Assembly: GCF_000738915.1 (NCBI RefSeq)
Contig: NW_026515638.1
Location: 394,882 to 458,881 of the forward strand
DNA length: 64,000 nt
Direction: 5' to 3'
DNA from: Nematocida ausubeli
Lineage: Eukaryota
A model generated the notes under the pieces. It searched no databases. It saw nothing but the letters and a program-made list of their open reading frames with translations, and was not told the origin of the DNA. Positions 42,273-52,405 of this stretch are shown piece by piece. Made by a program: the position numbers and the translations under genes. Position 1 is the first letter of the stretch; each line of letters begins with the position of its first letter.

Positions 42273-43862
42273 CTAGTGATCAATTACATTTAAATTTCCG
42301 GTCACCACCTTGTCATCCAGCACAGTTCCATCTGCAATATGGATGGACTTGCCTTCATCTGCAATTATAATCACTGTTCCTTTTAGCTCTACATTTTTCC
42401 CCAGTGTTACATTTCCACTGATTGTTAGGTGGTCTAGATCATCAATAGTCACTGGCCCATGGACGTGGGCTCTGTAGTTTGAAACAGTTTTGAAACAGTC
42501 TCCCACTAGCCGAATGATAGGAATGCTGTCCGTAATTCTGTTGGGGGAAATTGTTAGAGTTCCGTGCGCTATTTTAAACAGCGTGCTTTGGAGCAGGAAC
42601 AGATCGCTGCATGTTTTAACAGGAAGGAATCTGCTCCTAGGAACAACCAATCCCTTTGCATTTGAGAAGTATCGAATGGAGGCTCCAATTGCTGTTTCTA
42701 GCTGGATTACACTCTCGCCATTTGGAAGCTTCTTCTTGTTTTCGATTATCTCCAGCTCCATGATGTTCTGGTCTAGAACTTTCTTTAGAGATGGAAGATG
42801 TATCCAGATGGAGTTTGTATTGAATATCTTGAATTTCCGAATGCTCGTGAAATCTGTTTTGTTCTCTGCTGGCACTTGTGCTATTTCCAGAAGCTGCAAA
42901 GCGTTATTATATTCAATGAGAGTGCCGCCTTTAACATCTGCTCTTGTCTTCTTTGTCACCTCCATTAAGAAATCAACTTCATCCTTTATTACATACTGCA
43001 GAATGGACAGGTCTATCCCTGCTTTTAAGTTGTCTATGTTGCTCACAAATAGATACTCCTTTCCTTCCTCCAAAAGCTTCTCCAGCATGCCTGAGTCGTA
43101 CAAGGAGTCATACAAGTCCCCATGCCCAGGTGGATACCACCCGTCGGCCTCTTTAACAGACGGATCTGACAGCACCGGCATCAGTGTGTCCTCAAATATC
43201 CTTGGGAAAACACTCTGCTCGAAGGACCAAACCCCGCTGTACTTACTTGTTAGCTTTCTTGTTTGCTGGTGCGTATTGTAGCTGTTCATCAACACAAGAG
43301 GAACATTTGTGCCGTACTTTGTGTTGAAGTGCTCCAGCTGCCGAACAGTCAGATCGATGAAGTTCAAGTAGTTCTTCACCTCAATTGCACTCTTAGGCCC
43401 TGTGCAGCCCATTGATGTGCCAAGGCCGCCATTTAGCTTTAGCACAGCAAGCTTATTAAGCATTTCAGAAATATTCTCTGCTGGCGGTGCCTGAATTGAC
43501 TCATACTCGACCATCATCTCTGCAGGTGGCGGTGCTATTTTAGACCAATCGATTTTGTCTGACCTAGTCTTTAAATATCTTGAGAATATCTTTAAGAACT
43601 TCTTTTGGTCCTCTGGTTTTGCCCTTTCATATTGAGAAGATAGCGCACTTAGCTCCTCCTCCATTAGAGGCAAAAGACATTCTGCACCCCTCTGCATAAA
43701 CTCATATGCAGTGTCCATGCGAGTCAGCTCTTCTGTGCTTGTTCCTTCTAACAAGGAAGGCCCTATATCTTGCGAATTGTTCTCATCCATTGTAAATAAA
43801 AAAGTACTTCTATTTATATCCTTTTCATTTTTACTTATCCATTCTGAAACCATATTTGCCAT
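42273..43862 (-). CDS. UGP1: UTP-glucose-1-phosphate uridylyltransferase
   Basis: KLNGGLGTSMGC.GPKS, WYPPGHGD, VSNIDNL, KGGTL, QLETA and RFLPVK. Start is either 43862 (preferred) or 43886. Confidence 0.95.
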   Translation of the reverse strand: MANMVSEWISKNEKDINRSTFLFTMDENNSQDIGPSLLEGTSTEELTRMDTAYEFMQRGAECLLPLMEEELSALSSQYERAKPEDQKKFLKIFSRYLKTRSDKIDWSKIAPPPAEMMVEYESIQAPPAENISEMLNKLAVLKLNGGLGTSMGCTGPKSAIEVKNYLNFIDLTVRQLEHFNTKYGTNVPLVLMNSYNTHQQTRKLTSKYSGVWSFEQSVFPRIFEDTLMPVLSDPSVKEADGWYPPGHGDLYDSLYDSGMLEKLLEEGKEYLFVSNIDNLKAGIDLSILQYVIKDEVDFLMEVTKKTRADVKGGTLIEYNNALQLLEIAQVPAENKTDFTSIRKFKIFNTNSIWIHLPSLKKVLDQNIMELEIIENKKKLPNGESVIQLETAIGASIRYFSNAKGLVVPRSRFLPVKTCSDLFLLQSTLFKIAHGTLTISPNRITDSIPIIRLVGDCFKTVSNYRAHVHGPVTIDDLDHLTISGNVTLGKNVELKGTVIIIADEGKSIHIADGTVLDDKVVTGNLNVIDH

Positions 43863-43891
43863 ATTTTTAGTTTTCTTTTTGTCCATTCTCT

Positions 43892-44797
43892 ATGTTTTCA
43901 ATCTTCCTTATTTTTGCTATGCTTGCTTCTGGCATTGCTGCCAGTGTTCTAAACAAGTACATTGTCTCTCATCTGCACATTTCTGGTAAGTTCTTCATCC
44001 TTCTGGTCCAAACAGTTTTCCTCCTTCTTCTTCTTTCCATTATAATGGCATTTGTCTACTCCCCTAGCGATTCCTTCAAGGCTGCCTCCATTTCTACTGT
44101 TTCCCCGTGGATATTCTCTGCTGTTTCTCTCTCTATTATGATTTACTCGGGGCTTGAGGCAAATGCACGCCTGTCGATTTCTCTTTTTACTGTTCTCAAA
44201 AATCTTACAATTCCCATAATCGCAGTGCACGATGCACTTTTCAACAGCTATAAGATATCAATGCTTACTCTTCTGTCGTTTATTTTGATAGTTGTAAGCT
44301 CATTCCTAGGGGCTTACTCTACTGACAAAAAGAAGAAAGACTCCATCTCAGTGCTTGGAATTACCTGGATGGCACTAAACTGCTTCTCCTCTGCTGCATA
44401 TGTTATACGCTTCAACCAGCTAATTCGAACAACACAAACAAGTAGTATAGTTGCTGCGTGGGCAGTAAACATACTTGCCTTTCCTCTTATTCTTTTTTGC
44501 TTCGCGTTTGAGGGCATGCGGGACCTTAAAACAGTCGGGGTAAAGGAGATGCTTATTATTGCGCTGTCTGGCATAGCCACCTGCTGCATAGCTGTGTCCA
44601 ACGCGCACGCTGCATACACATTCTCCACAACCACAATTGCTGTTATAAACGCACTGAACAAGCTTCCAATAGCCGCAAGCGGAGTGGTTTTTGGATTTGA
44701 AACTGCTGGCCGCTCGTCCAAATGGATATCTATTCTTCTGGGCGTGGCCTCCTCAATTCTTTATGCAGCTTCCAGAATGCCCTCCAGCAATGCATAG
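43892..44797 (+). CDS. VRG4: Golgi GDP-mannose transporter
   Basis: NKY in TM1, FT..KNLT, and the TT......ALNKLP (GALNK-type) motif. About 10 TMs. Confidence 0.85.
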   Translation: MFSIFLIFAMLASGIAASVLNKYIVSHLHISGKFFILLVQTVFLLLLLSIIMAFVYSPSDSFKAASISTVSPWIFSAVSLSIMIYSGLEANARLSISLFTVLKNLTIPIIAVHDALFNSYKISMLTLLSFILIVVSSFLGAYSTDKKKKDSISVLGITWMALNCFSSAAYVIRFNQLIRTTQTSSIVAAWAVNILAFPLILFCFAFEGMRDLKTVGVKEMLIIALSGIATCCIAVSNAHAAYTFSTTTIAVINALNKLPIAASGVVFGFETAGRSSKWISILLGVASSILYAASRMPSSNA

Positions 44798-45139
44798 CCA
44801 GCTATGTATATTATTCCACCTCCTAGCATATTTATCCCCTAAACTGGCTGAAAACTGTAAATTCATATGTTTGGAAGCTTGAGTGCTGCGCTGCCAGGTG
44901 TGTGGCTGGTAAATATTTATCAATACATGCTTCTTACTTTGCAGTTGTTTTTATATTAGTTACTTGATTAAATTATGGCATTTATATTTTGGAAAGCAAG
45001 AAGTTGTTTCTGTGCAGTGCATAAGTAGATGTGCAAGATATGATGGAAAACCAACCGGATGGAAGCTTGCTAAGCGCACCAATACCTACTCATTTCATAA
45101 AAATTACTGTGTGGGTGTGCACATTTATTTTGGAACATC

Positions 45140-45934
45140 CTAAGGCGTGCCATTTATCATATATACATCTATTCTATGGTTCAGCGCTGAATTTTGGTGT
45201 ATGCTTTGCTTGGTGTATGGCCCATCAGGCGACTCTATTCCTGCTATGTATACTCTTTTCACGCGCCCATGAACCAAGGCCATCCCACACACAAGGCATG
45301 GCTCGCTTGATAGTATCACGGTGCGCCCTGTGCATAGGTAGTCTGATGTACTCCTTGAGATTGTCTTAACCATTCGTATTACTGAGTGCTGGAAAAAGCT
45401 ATCCGGCGTGTCTGTATTTGCAAATATTGTGTGTGCATGCGAGCCACTGAACTCAGTATCCTCCAAAATGGTTGCTGAAACTGCGCATGCCTCCTGTTTT
45501 TTGCTTTGTGTGGTAACTAGCCTCTGAATATAGTGAGGCACCTCTGTTGTTTCAGGCGCTCCTACTTTTACCGAGCAGGGCCATTGCTTAATTGCTGCAT
45601 TTATTTCAACTTCTGTTTTAGGTTCTTTTATTGGAATGTACGCTGGGAATAGAGTTTCTGTATCAACCCCAAGCGACTCTATAAATTGTTTGTGCGAGTT
45701 TGCACTGTCTAAATAGTCAGCTTCCTTACATAGGAGAACACACAAGCTGTCATTCTCTGGCTTTATTCTTTTAAGAAACCCTGGCTTGTTTTGGAAGTAT
45801 TTAGATATCTCTCGGATTAGACTGCTGCTGTTCTTTTTTGGGACTGACACTGCCAGCCATTTCTCCAGATCCAGCTGAGGATGCGGATTTATTCTGGTGC
45901 ACAGCATAATAAAAAAGTTTTGTAAAACCGACAT
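45140..45934 (-). CDS. TAD3: tRNA-specific adenosine deaminase non-catalytic subunit Tad3/ADAT3
   Basis: LKRI, P....WP, HSV (catalytic Glu replaced by Val), YLCTG, EPCLVCGMALVHGR and LNHR. Confidence 0.85.
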   Translation of the reverse strand: MSVLQNFFIMLCTRINPHPQLDLEKWLAVSVPKKNSSSLIREISKYFQNKPGFLKRIKPENDSLCVLLCKEADYLDSANSHKQFIESLGVDTETLFPAYIPIKEPKTEVEINAAIKQWPCSVKVGAPETTEVPHYIQRLVTTQSKKQEACAVSATILEDTEFSGSHAHTIFANTDTPDSFFQHSVIRMVKTISRSTSDYLCTGRTVILSSEPCLVCGMALVHGRVKRVYIAGIESPDGPYTKQSIHQNSALNHRIDVYMINGTP

Positions 45935-46457
45935 TAAGCAAGCACCCCTCTGGCCAACAACGAAGTAGATTCTGATTTTGGATTATATATACTTGCCTGT
46001 CACTGTATAAAAATACCCATATTTGCATTACTATTGTTGGGTTTATTTGTGTTAGAGCGTGAAATACTTTCCTTGGGCCAAAAATGTGGATGAATTTAGC
46101 AGCCATAGTATTTTTTGGTGTGCATATATATTACTGCCTACAGCTGTCTAGAGGCGTATAAATAGTCTACATGAAATAAATCAGATGAAGGGTCTTAAAA
46201 ACAAGTCTATTGTTTGGAGAAAGCCCATATAGGTCAACTAGCCAATTATTAAACACAGCATAGTATAGTGGGGTAGGTTTTGTGCTATGTGGTTTACATA
46301 CGGTTGGTTTTTGGTGTGAATAGACACTGCACATGGTTTATTGTTTGTGGTGTGCCTTCCAGTCCTTTTTATTGTCTTTCTATATTAATATCTTTTCTTC
46401 TGTTTTATTTCTATGTTTATTGAAAAAACAAAGTATACTCAGCTCTATTATACTAGT

Positions 46458-46658
46458 TTGTTTTAGAAAGGCTTGCGGAAATAAAAAAAGATAGAAGACC
46501 GCGAAAATCTGATAAAGAGCAAAAACGAAAGACCCATAATAATCGGACTGTAAGAAGCGAGCTAAGAAGTAAACAGTAATGGCAGTCTGTTATAATCACA
46601 ATGAAAACGAAAGCGGCCTCTCAAGGCCAACAAAGTCATAATATTCAGTGTTTTAAAT
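46458..46658 (+). ncRNA. Candidate structured non-coding RNA (unassigned)
   Basis: Three stems seen by eye, two with G-U pairs that only work on the + strand. No ORF. Identity unknown. Confidence 0.3.
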
Positions 46659-47091
46659 GTAGAGACAAAAAGAGATTTTTCTAGAACAGAAAGTCAACTA
46701 GACACCAAGCCAGAGTATAAAACAAGTTTTATATTTCTTTCTTTACAATCCAGTGAATAAGATGGGCTGCTTTCAAATATATAACCTGATATTATAAATA
46801 CTGTATTCATTTACTCCAAGCATAATTATATTTCTGGTCTCTCACTTAGACTATTAGTTTCTTTGCCACATTAAGCAGCTGCGTCTATAAAAAATATACA
46901 TGCGCAAATAAACACCAGATGACTTTTGCACAGGAAAAAATCAAGACCATTTATTAAGCCTGTGAATAGAAAAAAATATACATTATTATACAGATGATTA
47001 TGGATAAAAGAGGTTGAAAAAGGCCATGTAAATTTTAACTTTTAATAGACAAAGAGTTTCTAATCCTATATTTTAAGAAAACAGATTTGGG

Positions 47092-48132
47092 TTATATGGG
47101 GTTTGCTTGCCCACTAAATTCACTTTTGCACAAGGGCGTATTTTCTCCCTTCTTTTCATACATACTAACAGCCGCATAATACAATATATACATATCCATC
47201 CTCTGAATTGCCTTCAGTATAAGATCCTGCTGGAGTGTGCATGCGTCATCTAGCAAAGCAATGGATGCATCCATGTATTTTATGTGCTGTAAATGCACCC
47301 CTATTACCATTTGCAGCGCCTCTAGCTCATTTGATGTGGCTTGCGCGTGCGCTGTCTCGGCTTTTCTCATTGAATATAATAGCTTTTCTTTAGCAGCTAC
47401 ACATTTTATAAGACTCAACTCTTTTTTCATTAGAACAATAAATTTCTTCTGAAGCTCTGCCACATTGAATAGATAGTCAATATGGTGCCTTCTTGAGATA
47501 TTATTCAATTCTTTGGTTTGAAGCACCAGAGCTCTTTGAGACCTACACTCATGAATAGAAACTTCATTAGATTTAGTCAGTTCTTTTATTTTGGAAGAAA
47601 AGACCTCTAACATATTTGCTTTTTCGCTATAATCTATGCACGCCTCAACAGGCAAATATGCTCTATTAGAATATGTTAAATAGTAATCATTAGCAATCTT
47701 CTCCATATTGCTTGCTTTTTTGAAATTTTCGTGGTATTCTTTTAGTAACTCAAATCTTTTCAAGCATGCGTCTGCTACTTCTCTATACAAGGAATTGTAG
47801 ATAACATGTGCTGAATCTGCATACGCTTTTGCCTCCAAAAGCTTATAAAGATCCTTCTGGCGCCTTTTTACAGATACTATTGCTGGGTTTTCTACATTTT
47901 CTGTGGCATTTTCAGACTTAACTGCTTTTTCTGCTAAGCGTGAGAAGTTCTTGCTTTCTTTTACCACATTCATAGTAGGTAGTGTGAAGCTAGACTCTTT
48001 TGGCGGTGTATAAGTCTCTAGCATTTCTGATGCTATCGTATAGATTTCAGCCGCACTCAAGTCAATTAGTCCACTTGTAATGAGAAGAAAATGAAGTACA
48101 GCCCCCTTTTTTCGGTTCTTAGCCATGCTCAT
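47092..48132 (-). CDS. Hypothetical secreted helical protein, paralog 1 (346 aa)
   Basis: Basic then hydrophobic N-terminus, then EIYTIAS. Helical/coiled-coil body. Confidence 0.7.
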   Translation of the reverse strand: MSMAKNRKKGAVLHFLLITSGLIDLSAAEIYTIASEMLETYTPPKESSFTLPTMNVVKESKNFSRLAEKAVKSENATENVENPAIVSVKRRQKDLYKLLEAKAYADSAHVIYNSLYREVADACLKRFELLKEYHENFKKASNMEKIANDYYLTYSNRAYLPVEACIDYSEKANMLEVFSSKIKELTKSNEVSIHECRSQRALVLQTKELNNISRRHHIDYLFNVAELQKKFIVLMKKELSLIKCVAAKEKLLYSMRKAETAHAQATSNELEALQMVIGVHLQHIKYMDASIALLDDACTLQQDLILKAIQRMDMYILYYAAVSMYEKKGENTPLCKSEFSGQANPI

Positions 48133-48661
48133 TTATATTCTTAAGACTAATATATCAACATTAAAATATCACTTAGATTTTGGCTTAATACTATACATAC
48201 TTTTCAAGTAAAGAGTTTTTATTATTATAGTAAATATATTATTGACAGCTCTTCTTATTAGGGATTGGTCTTGAAAGCTCTTTCATCTTCAGCTTTTCGC
48301 ACAGCAGAATGGTTTTATACTTGGATTTTGGGCGTGTGCTTTGAGCAGTCATATCGAAAACATTCTATTATAGCCCTTCTCTGCAGTAATAGAAGGGTTC
48401 TGAATAAATGCTAGTTTGGAAATTTTATCACAGCAAAGTATCTGGATAATAAACAAGAGAAGCAGTAAATGCCGACCACAGGCTTCGAAACACAATAGCA
48501 CTATGCATTCACATATTTTAATAAAACTTTTCTAAGCACAGCGCACTCAACCACCCGCCGCTATATTCTTTCCAGAGTACAATCCTACCTTTGTGCACAG
48601 AAACTAAGTTATATAGCAGGCCCCGACTGCCAAATAAACAATCCTTCTGCTACCATTACAT

Positions 48662-50068
48662 CTAAATCTGAGATTCTTTAGTTATTCTATTAAGTCTCTT
48701 TTTTACTTCAATCAATGTATGTTTGGCCGTAGATGCACATTTCTCCTGCTTTTTATGCGCAGAATTGTCAGCACTATATACTTTAAAAAGCTCTTTTCTT
48801 TCAAATAGAGCGGATAAATAATTTTTTTGGACAATTTGTAAGTCTTTTAATACACAAATGATCTCTTCTATGCATTTTGTGTATTTATCGTGCTGCTCAC
48901 CTATTGGATTGTATCCAACCTCATTTGGCTCTGTATTTTGTAAATCCAAACCTTGTTTTTTTATTTCTAAATAAATCAGCTTTTCTCTGTCCTTTACATT
49001 TATATAGCTTTCTAAGTCAAGGTCTATTAAATTACAATATATTTCCTGAGATTTTATATGATTCTCTAGGATATACATAGGCAATTTTATTACGTCATTT
49101 ATAGTCATTCTCGCTACTTGTATTGCAGAAATCAGGGCATTGTATTTGTTGCACACTTCTGTCTTTTTTATTCCTATCCTTTCTAGATCTGATTCTATTC
49201 TCCTGATTTCTTTTATTTTATCGCTAGATCCTGATGCTAGGGCAGTTGGAGTATCTGTATGGTTGGAGCTATAATAATCGAATATTTTTTTCCGGATTTT
49301 CTTTAATTCTTTCGATTTTTCGCTGAATGCTTCTATAGTCTTTTTACGACTTGAATAAATACTTTCTACTTCATTATCCTTTTCAACATATATATTGTAA
49401 GACGAATCTAAGGTACTCTTTGTAACTAATAGCTTGGCTAGCACCTCTTGGTATTCTTTCTTCGCTGCATCCACGGCTTGATTAGCATCATGCATATTTT
49501 CTACTGCACTGCTTTCCTCTAAATCCACTTTTTCAACCAATAAAGAAAGCACATTCGTACTTTCATCTAGTGAATAAAGAGCCTGGTCCTGTAAGCCAAC
49601 AGCCTCCGCCATGTGCATGTCTGGTCTCTGTGTAGTCTGTGGTTTTTCAGTTACCTCTTCTGTAGAAACACTTTTTTCCTCTAATTTCTTCTTGAATTCT
49701 TTTACTAATTTGTGTGCATTATCACGATCATTGGCCATTGTAACATACACACATGAGCTCATGCATACTTTATTTTCAGCTGAACTTTCTTCCTCAACAC
49801 TGCTACTACTGTTTTTCTTAGTCGTCTGCTTTTCTATTTCTTGTATGCCCTGCTTTTCTTTGCTTATATTTATTTCTTCTTCTTTCTTCTCTAACAAGGG
49901 ACTTATCCTGTCTTCCTGCTGGCTTATAGCCATGCATTTCTCTAGGGGCTCTGTGGATGGTAATTTAGATGCTAATGTATAGATTTCTATTTTAGAAAGT
50001 GCAATTGCTACTATAGCTGTTGTAGTTATAACCAGACTTTTCTTGCAAACGCTGTACTTAAACTTCAT
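48662..50068 (-). CDS. Hypothetical secreted coiled-coil protein, paralog 2 (468 aa)
   Basis: Basic then hydrophobic N-terminus, then EIYTLAS. C-terminal half parallels the neighbouring gene. Confidence 0.7.
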   Translation of the reverse strand: MKFKYSVCKKSLVITTTAIVAIALSKIEIYTLASKLPSTEPLEKCMAISQQEDRISPLLEKKEEEINISKEKQGIQEIEKQTTKKNSSSSVEEESSAENKVCMSSCVYVTMANDRDNAHKLVKEFKKKLEEKSVSTEEVTEKPQTTQRPDMHMAEAVGLQDQALYSLDESTNVLSLLVEKVDLEESSAVENMHDANQAVDAAKKEYQEVLAKLLVTKSTLDSSYNIYVEKDNEVESIYSSRKKTIEAFSEKSKELKKIRKKIFDYYSSNHTDTPTALASGSSDKIKEIRRIESDLERIGIKKTEVCNKYNALISAIQVARMTINDVIKLPMYILENHIKSQEIYCNLIDLDLESYINVKDREKLIYLEIKKQGLDLQNTEPNEVGYNPIGEQHDKYTKCIEEIICVLKDLQIVQKNYLSALFERKELFKVYSADNSAHKKQEKCASTAKHTLIEVKKRLNRITKESQI

Positions 50069-50806
50069 TCTAGCTTTTATTGATTCACAGCCAAATATAT
50101 AAAGAATCCAAAGATCATTTTTATTTTTAGTTTAATATTAGCAAAGTATGCTTCTTTCATCTATACTCTATTTAGAGAAACTTCACATTGGCCTGCAAAA
50201 ACATTTCGCATTTCTCAAAGCATATCTTCGTACTTGCTTTCTTTAGCTAGAAAGAGGCACCCAGTACACAAGTACTTCAAATTTATAGCGCCTTAGTGTT
50301 TATATATTGGTGTAAATATGCTTCTGCTGCTTTTTGCATGCCTATAATTTTCTTCTGTTCTTTTGGCTAAGCTCATTTGACGTCCATGGATTCTAGTGTT
50401 TCTAGATATAAAACCATATGATTTAAAACTTGAAATACACTCTATAAAAGTATGTGTTTATTTTTCTGTGTGCATGCTGTATAGTGTAGCATATTTGAGC
50501 ATTTCATGTTCTTGTGAGAGAAAAATCCAATCTCCATTCATGGATGTACTCCACAATTAGCTCATTTTTTATTATAGTGGCATCTTCTATTTTATTGCTA
50601 TGGCTGTCGGAAAATAAGTGTACATTACATATATTAGAGCAATTATATTAATAACAAGTGTACAGAAAATAAAAAGATGTGGTAGAAATAATAAAAAAAA
50701 GAGACATGTATGGGAGTGCATAAGAAAGAAATATGATATTAGTGTAGAAATAGACAGTTCGGGCGTGCCATGCTGTTGAGATATATTACTATAAAATTTA
50801 TTATTT

Positions 50807-52210
50807 TTAATAGCAGCTCATTTGCAGAGCAGTTAACTTTGCCATCTCACCTGCAGTTTCTTTCATGCAGGGTCCGCCTGCATTAAATGGCACTCTTGGG
50901 CAGGAGGAGAGATCAATGTCAAGCCCAGGAGATAGCCCTAGGTTTGTATTAAAAAGGGATGGGTTCATGCCTGACTGGCATTTGTCCTCGCAAGGGCATC
51001 CCATTGTGACTTGTGTTGTTGGTAGCGTGTTTGATATAGCCTTCTGGCAGTCTTTTAGGCTTCTTTGGTAGGCATTTCCTATTTGAGTTGCTCCTATCAT
51101 TCCCATCATTATAGGTGGGCTTAAGGGGCATTCTTTTGGTCTTTCAAACATTTGCTCTTGCTGCTGTTGGATTGACCTTATCATCATTGCATTTAGATCA
51201 GGACCACAGCAGTTGCCGATTCTTACATTGGTTGGTCCAGGAGCATTTGGGTCAGTTTCTTCTAAGCATTTTTTATAAGAAGGTGGAGGGCAGACACTGT
51301 TTTCCTTTAACTGTGTAATTACATCAATTATTCCTGATGGCATCCCAAGGGATGAAAATTCTCCCATGCCACTCATGCCGCCTGCACATGAATTTTGCTG
51401 TGGCATACCGCCCATACCACAGGGGCATGGACTGCCCATGCCGCCCAGTCCACCCAAACTTCCTAGTCCGCCCATGCCACCGGAGCACATACTTGGTTGT
51501 GGCATACTAGGCATGCCACCGGAGCACATACTTGGTTGTGGAATACCACCCATGCCGCCTAGACCGCCAGAACACATACTTGGTTGTGGCATACCACCAG
51601 AGCACATGCTTGGTTGTGACATACCGCCCATGCCACCTAGTAAAGAGCTACCGCATCCACAGGCTCCAAAATCTCCAGACGGGTTACCAAACCCAATAAA
51701 AGAGCTGTTTCCGCATGCATTTGGCATATTTTTCATAGACATGTAGTCATTCATTGCAGCATATCCACCTGTAAGGCGTAGGTTTAGCATGCCAAGAAGG
51801 GATTTATGGAATTCAGTACATGAATTGTATGAAGAGGCAAGCTTTGGAGTGTTTTCAGCTGAAAGTATCTGGAAAGGATTTATGGATTTGATCAAGATAT
51901 CTAAACACTCAGTTCCTGTGTTTGGTGGAATGACACCCATGCTCATTAGCATTTCTGGTTCTAAGCATTGCGAAGGATTTCCCATTTTCATCACGGTCTT
52001 TCGGATAGAACGAATTGCAGCTGCTAGTTTCTCAAGATTATTGTTCTGGCATGATGCATTTGGGAAACAATTGCACAGTCCTAGAACACCACCTTGTGGG
52101 AGGCCTGTCATGGATTCTACACCAGCTTCAAATGATCCAGCTTTTGCAATCTGCCCGCACAGTAATAGTGCAAGTGTAGCTATACTTATGATGCTTTTGA
52201 TATTTATCAT
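50807..52210 (-). CDS. Secreted Cys/Gly/Met/Pro-rich repeat protein, candidate spore-wall or polar-tube structural protein (467 aa)
   Basis: Clear signal peptide (ending IAKA), many Cys, four QPSMCSGG repeats and GGMGG tracts. Confidence 0.75.
   Translation of the reverse strand: MINIKSIISIATLALLLCGQIAKAGSFEAGVESMTGLPQGGVLGLCNCFPNASCQNNNLEKLAAAIRSIRKTVMKMGNPSQCLEPEMLMSMGVIPPNTGTECLDILIKSINPFQILSAENTPKLASSYNSCTEFHKSLLGMLNLRLTGGYAAMNDYMSMKNMPNACGNSSFIGFGNPSGDFGACGCGSSLLGGMGGMSQPSMCSGGMPQPSMCSGGLGGMGGIPQPSMCSGGMPSMPQPSMCSGGMGGLGSLGGLGGMGSPCPCGMGGMPQQNSCAGGMSGMGEFSSLGMPSGIIDVITQLKENSVCPPPSYKKCLEETDPNAPGPTNVRIGNCCGPDLNAMMIRSIQQQQEQMFERPKECPLSPPIMMGMIGATQIGNAYQRSLKDCQKAISNTLPTTQVTMGCPCEDKCQSGMNPSLFNTNLGLSPGLDIDLSSCPRVPFNAGGPCMKETAGEMAKLTALQMSCY
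51470..51625 (-). repeat. Intragenic tandem repeat encoding QPSMCSGG x4
   Basis: Repeated CC(G/A)GA(G/A)CACAT(A/G)CTTGGTTGTG units on the + strand. Confidence 0.9.
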
Positions 52211-52405
52211 CTATCATGTAGAACGTCATTTGATTAAATACTAAGATTTCACACTCTGTTTTAGAGCTCTCCAATTAGAAAAATGTTTTATGCTATGACT
52301 TGCAAACAAATTTAAAACAAAACAGGTTTTAGCTTTTATTCTCTTCCGTGAAAACCCTAGGTTTTATATACCGCATAGTAGAATTGATTGAAGCCGGATC
52401 TTTCT

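Noticed and set aside
46505..46540. Hammerhead ribozyme (CTGATAA...CGAAA)
   Set aside because: The core should be CUGANGA with a paired stem II. Neither is present.
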